A stretch of 56,165 nt of DNA, filler included, from Sphacelaria rigidula (Eukaryota), in NCBI GenBank assembly GCA_964200075.2. It is 6 parts of 6 records of this genome, joined end to end, with 100 filler letters (N's around TTAATTAATTAA, not from the genome) between each part and the next. Parts side by side here need not be neighbours in the genome. Positions count along the whole stretch, not along the records: positions 46,889 to 56,165 come from CAXNAA020008854.1; 5 more parts are not named here. One strand, written 5' to 3'. This document shows positions 50,194 through 56,165 of the stretch, one piece after another. Under the pieces are notes generated by a model that did not search any database, was not told the origin of the DNA, and saw only the letters and a list, made by a program, of their open reading frames with translations. The position numbers were made by a program, and so were the translations under genes. The stretch's first letter is position 1, and every line of letters starts with the position of its first letter.

Positions 50194-52203
50194 ATTCTTC
50201 GTGAATTTGTTCTTCCGAATAAGCACAAGTCAGACAAAAATAAGGTCCCGTGAATAACGACACAAAGGATGGAACGCAAAACGATCTCGCTGATATAGGG
50301 GGCCGACCGTGCAGCTACGAACGTGCCTTCAGTCCATGACAGCCTCCGCCGACGCCGCAGCCGAGGATGCGAGGTAACCATGGCACGGAACAAATACAAG
50401 CGCCTGTGACCGGTGTCCCGACGGCATGCACTTCATGTTCGTTGATGTGAGCCCATCCCGCAGCGTTCCCTCGACGACGTACTTACCTGCCACACCTCAG
50501 GGTGAGCAGCGCAGTGACCGGTCAAATCACGGTCGTTTCATGGATTGCTGGCCTCACATTCACAAATCCGCGGCGAATGCATCCGTGGTTGTAACACCAA
50601 AGTAGATGCTGACGCCGTCTCACACCCCATAAAATCGGCATCACCGTCACACGCGACAATCGTCGCATGTTGCAGCGATACACGCAAGGGAAGGACATTG
50701 CGTGGACTGGTGCAGGCACACAGCTGGTGACGGGATCCGCGGCTTGTGTGTTCTGGACAAGTCAACATAACTGCAGTGCAACCCGCGATGCGTTACGCCG
50801 AGAAATGGCATTTGTGCTGGTGTGCTATATTTTCCGAACAGTCGGTAATCCACGGTGCGATCTAAATTTGATCAATCAGCGCAGCGCACAGCACAGTATG
50901 CAAGGGTCAACAATTGTGCATGGTGCGTTACGGTGCCGAACAGTGCAGAACACCAGAGTGGAGTACAGTAAAAAGCAGTAGAGTACGGAGTATGTTACAG
51001 TATAGTGCAGTCAGTATAGTACAGTGAAGTATAGTATAGCACGGAACCGGAACATCACAGTCTTCTATATTGCAGTTTTTGACAACATATTTCACGTTTC
51101 AAACTGGCCCACTATACCACCATACCTGTATGCAAACAATCGCTGTGCTCTTCCGTGCCCGGAAAGCCATTGATATGATCCTTTTCCGGTTGGACTCTAT
51201 ACATTATGGTCTACCTCCTACGCTTCGTCCTACCCGTGGTCGTCTTGCATGGCCGCGACCAGACGGCGTACCATTGCGGTCGCAAGACAGCCACAGAGCA
51301 AAACGATGCATACCACCCAACGCCGGAAACTGTCACAGGTGCAGCCAGCATTTTGCGCCTACGGTCTCGCCTTGAATACAGCTTGCCACCGATGCCGATT
51401 GTGAGGCTCGTACTCCTCCGTCGGGGGCGCACCCCTGCTGTGAACTGCGTGTATTTTGCGGCTGATTTGAGCTCAAACCTTGTGTTCTGACTTTTCTACG
51501 CGGCCAACTACACATAGTCTTGTTTTTTTCAGGGGAATGTTGAAACAAGTGTACACCCTCACGTTTTTGGAAAAAAAAGGCCACCGCATTTTCGAATCGG
51601 GGCGCGGCGCTGCACGCGGTCTGAACATCTCGAGAAGACATTACAGCACCTCAGCCCCTCGCCCAAGGTGCCTGGGCAAAATGCTCAACCTTGTTTTTTC
51701 CACACGTGGTATTGGTTTGACTAGGGCACGGGAAGGGAAAGCCTGTTGGAGCACCCCTTTCTGTCAACAAACCTGGAGGGTAAACCTCACTCTCTGCTGA
51801 AAACTAATCCCGTGCCCTTTTTGATCCACGTTTGTACCCCCTTTATGCTCAAGTGCGTACCGTTTTTCTGAAGTGGTGTTCGTACCGCCGGCTTCGTAAA
51901 AGATACGCCGAACAGTCGCAACGATACCCATGTTTTGTGCAGTTACACCCCGTCGAAAAGGCCGAGACTAACGACCAAGAAATTTACGCCCCCTGATGTT
52001 TGGCCCGCAGTTTCAACCAGCAGACCCGAAAGATCCCGTGATGCATCTAGAGCGCCATCGCTTGTGTGCCGGAGATCACTCCCTCCCCGAGCTGCCTCCC
52101 GGCCTGGGGCGGGTGTGTGAATTGCGACCCTGCACGCACACACCTGAAGTGTAGAGAAAAGGCATAATCGTCGACAGTAGTAATAACAGCAACAACAGTA
52201 ATA

Positions 52204-55200
52204 GGGAAGCAACCGTCTTGCTTCCCCACGTGCTGCTTACGCTCGACGACGTCGACAGTACTAAATCCTGATGCGGCGGAATTTTACCCGACGGAGTTTT
52301 TCCTAACAACAAAATTTGTCGCCGATACACAGCTCGCGGCAGCGGCATCAGGTGACTGTCGCCGAAAGCGTAGGATACGTGGCAAAGACAGTAGAGCTGC
52401 TAGATATGTACACGTGTGTAAATAGAATAAACGATGCGGTAGTAAAACCGGTCGAGGTATATCGGGACTGCTGCCCCCGAAACCATGTCTGATGACAAGC
52501 ACGCACGGAGTAATGCCAATTTTGGAACAGAAATATAAACATGCATGTAAAGGGATAGAAGAGAAGAGAAAACACGCCGCTCGGACAAAGAGACGCAGAA
52601 GACGAGCAGATCGGAGGGCTGCCGACAAGAGAAAAACGACTGCGAGGGCGAGGGCCAGGATCGGCGAGCTTACTGTCGGCACCTACAATGTTCGCACGCT
52701 CGCTTTCAAAGGTGCCAACGGAATTGGCCACAGCGAGATTGTCCTCCAACCTTGTGAGAGGGCTGCGATATCGCAGGTTTGCAGAAACTAGAACAGCTGA
52801 CCAATCGGTGTTCAACGCGGCGGGATTTACGGTCTCCTGTTCTGGTGACTCAAGCGGGGCTAAGGGGAGGGCAGGGCAACATGGGGTAGGGATCGCTGTC
52901 AAAGAGTTGATCCTGGAGCAGATGGGAGGAAAAGGTGCTACAGTCTAGTTAGTACCTCAGTGCTCGACTTACAGGTGAAACTTGGACTACATGGCAAATC
53001 CAACGCAGTATCATTCGTAGTCGGATAAGTCCCGACGGAGACCGCTCCGCTGCGCGACAAGGAAACGTTTTGGGATGATGTTTCCAATACCATATTACAA
53101 ACTACCTGGCAAGGAACATCTATTCGTCATGATGGACGCCAACGCCCGCACTGGAAAATTAGGGGAGGTGTGTGGAGAGTGTGATAGCAAAGTACTTGGC
53201 GAATATAGACGGGAAGGACTGAACAAAAACGGTGGGAGGCTACTGGCCTTCGCAGAGTAACGACGCCTAACTGTGCTCAATACGTCCTTGAGAACACCCA
53301 AGCGGGGCATCTTGTACACTTTCCAAAGCTCCAACGCAGGGAAGGGACGCTGTCGCCTTGATTACATTGTCACCAGACAGACGGACCGAAAACCCGTACA
53401 CAACAATTTCCGTCCGCCTCTCACCACCCCGAAAACGCGAGTCTGATCATAACCTCGTTTCTGCAAAGGTCCGGCTTCGTGGTCGCTTCGCGCCCAATCG
53501 CAAGATACGGAAACATGCCCCAAGACGCAGAACCGCCGACCTTGAAAGGCTGATGACTGACACAGAGTTAAGAGCAATGACGTTGGAAACGGTCTTCCCT
53601 CTCGAGCCCTTGCATATAGCCGCTACCGCCGCTAACATGGCTGTAGGCCTCACCCAGATGCTGATCTCCGCCGCAGCAGACACCGCACCCTACAAGAGAA
53701 ACCAACGAGGCTCCCACGGCTGGTGCGCGAGTGCCGAGGCCAAGGCAAAGCTCCACACTGCAAGGATGGCGAGGGAAACAGCACGGAGGTCATCGATGTC
53801 AACGCCTACTGACACCAACCTCAAAAAGGTCTTGAAGAAGACAAACAAGGAACTCGGTCGCGTTAGAGCACCTGCGGTGGAGAGATTCTTCGAGACCTAC
53901 GTCAGCCGACTTGAAGCGCACATCGGTGACCAACGCGGTTTCTACAGGCACATGAAGGGAATCGATGCCGAAGGGAGGAACCCATGTAGCTCACAGTAGC
54001 AATATATCCGCGGCAACAAGGGGTCAACTGCTCTGAGACGTAAAGCTCAACCGCGCGCGGTGGATACAGTGGTTTTACACCCTTCTCAACACCAAGTCGC
54101 CCCACCTCAACCCAGCACTCATTGAACAACTCGAGGCGCGACTTCCGAGCACGTCGCTAGATGTGGTGCCCACGATGGACGAGACAGCGGATGCCATTCG
54201 ATGTAGGTCCAACGGGAAAGCCGTTCGCCCAGATGATCTCCCGGCTGAACTGCTGAAGATACTCCTCGACGGCAAAGACACTAGCAGACTACAGAGATTC
54301 CACGCTATCATCGTCGACATCTAGGGCGGAGCAGCCGTACCACAAGAATGCAAGGATGCCACCATCATAGTTCTCCACCAAGGAGACGATCGGACGGAAT
54401 GCGGAAACTACAGAGGAATTTCACTCTTGTCACACGCGGGCAAAGTGCTCCTCAAGATAATCGCCCGCCGCCTGAACACCTACTGCGAGGGCGATGGACT
54501 TCTGCCTGAAGAGCAGTGCTGCTTCCCCCCCGGACGCTGAACCGCCGACATGATGTTCACCGTCCAACGACTCCAGGAACTTGGCCAGAGACGACAGACC
54601 CCGCTCTACATATGTTTCGTCGGCCTCACGAAAGCACACGATTTTGTCGACCGCTTATTGCTGTGGAAAGTTCTGGAACGCGATGGCGTCCCACCCATCA
54701 CGCTCTCGATCATCCGCCAATTCCACGACTGCATGAAAGCTCGGGTGCGCACGAACGACGGGGAATACTCGTAATGGTTTGACATCGGACAGGGCCTCCG
54801 ACAAGGACGCGTCCTGGCAGCACTGCTGTTCAACATTATTTTCACGCCAGTGCTCACGGTGGCCGTGACTACCTTTCTCGATGACCCTGACATCTCGGGG
54901 GACCTGGTGCGAGTCTGAAAGCGAAAAAAAGGAGATTTCCAAGAGAAATATGCGGTAGCATGGGACGAGCTAGATGTCGCCACAGTAATCGCGGCAGAAG
55001 AGATACAGTCCTTATGGAGTATGCTGTACGCCGATAACGCTTGCATCGTCTCGCGGACATCATCGAGCCTCCAGAAGATGATGACGGTAATTGTGACGAT
55101 CTGCGGAGAGTTCGGGTTGATCGTGTTGTAAGTAAAGACGAGGACCATGCGACTGTACTCACAGGCGGGGCACCTCGACATCAACGTGGCTAGCCAGGTA

Positions 55201-56165
55201 TGGAAACAAACAAACAAACAAACAACTTTGTATATCTGAGGGCGTCGATCACGGAGAGCGGCGATCTCTCCGTGGAAATATAAAAACGCGTACAACGGGC
55301 ATGGGCGAACTACCACCAGTACAAAGTCCAGCTCTACAATCGACCGAGCGCGGCCGTCCACCTCAAAGTCCGCTTGATCAAAGTCGAGGCTGTCGAGGCG
55401 CTCCTGTACGGGTGCGTCACATGGACCCCTCTCGACGCCCACTGCAATCTACTGTGCACGGCCCACCATGCGTTGCTCAGACGCTGTCTTGGGATGGCAT
55501 AAGCGCAATCGCACAGACCACGTCCTGTCATACCGAGAGACCCTCGCGAGGATAGGATGCGAAAGCACGAGACGATGGTGAGGAAGAGGAGACTCCACTT
55601 CGCCGGTTTGGTCACGCGCACATCATCCGGACGGATACCGAAACACATCATGCTCGGCGAAATTGTAGCCGTACAGGGGCAAGAAGGAAAGTTTGCCGGC
55701 AGGCACAAGGACTGGACCCGCTACCTAGCGGGAGACATGAAGGTGTTCGATATCGAATGGCAGGGATGGACTACCAGAGCATTGAGAGCAGTAGAGTGGC
55801 ACAGCTGTGTTGAACAGGGAGTAGAAAGGTTTATGACGGACTGTTGCCAAAGAGATGACGCAGCGGCAGCGATACGGCACGCGAAAGCTGCAGGTCAAAA
55901 TGCACCGACAGCACCTGGGACCGACAGTGCCAACACCAACTCGTCATAGCCTACACCAGATACCATTGAGCATTGTGTTTGGTTCCCATCTCTGATTTGT
56001 TCATCTCTCGTTCCTGGTGGTTTCTTGTCTGTTTTTTGTTTTGTCTGGACCCCCCCCCCGGGAACAGTTAGGCTGGTCCGGCGAGGACCCGGCGTGCTCC
56101 GTCCCGGCTTTGTAGGGGCGGACCCCCGATGGGGTTGGCATCGCTTGGCGATGATGATGTAAAAC
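52204..56165 (+). mobile_element. Near full-length but inactivated RTE-clade LINE (single APE-RT ORF)
   Basis: Complete APE and RT motif series; 5' boundary inferred from a flanking microsatellite and hairpin; 3' UTR runs to the contig end. Confidence 0.9.
52670..55949 (+). pseudogene. RTE LINE AP-endonuclease/reverse transcriptase pseudogene
   Basis: APE: TVGTYNVRTL, (GL)[89 protein letters not shown]-terminus: RKRRLHFAG..RIPKHIM. Multiple stops and frameshifts. Confidence 0.93.

Noticed and set aside
50480..50489. U1 snRNA 5' end (TACTTACCTG) or a minus-strand exon donor
   Set aside because: No U1 body follows, and upstream minus frames contain nearby stops.
52479..52495. Hammerhead ribozyme (GAAAC...CTGATGA)
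   Set aside because: No room for stems I and III. Other CTGANGA sites checked (e.g. 2369, 31425, 45925, 46010) lack a paired stem II followed by GAAA.
54606..55442. 278-aa minus-strand ORF, the longest in the track
   Set aside because: Antisense shadow of the LINE RT region.

Overview
Eukaryotic, repeat-rich DNA of about 50% GC with long GT-AG introns; the repeat and intron style suggests a brown alga/stramenopile (inference). The window is not one locus. It is six contigs of 9278, 9278, 9278, 9277, 9277 and 9277 bp (1-9278, 9379-18656, 18757-28034, 28135-37411, 37512-46788, 46889-56165) joined by artificial N44-TTAATTAATTAA-N44 spacers, i.e. size-sorted unplaced contigs. Contig 1 carries eight in-phase exons of a partial L-type (ERGIC-53/VIP36-like) lectin gene with a GC-AG intron and a diverged Ca2+/sugar loop. 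Contig 2 holds a three-tier nest of DNA transposons (hAT-like shell > fold-back MITE > 5.3 kb TIR element with a decayed, unusual Cys/His-rich protein) plus one orphan membrane-protein exon. Contigs 3-6 are mostly TE debris: two RTE-clade LINEs (one near full length), two very decayed Ty3/Gypsy remnants, tRNA-derived SINEs with (CA)n tails, MITEs, tandem arrays and short structured repeats. Most ORFs in the six-frame track are spurious. No prokaryotic-type system is present.
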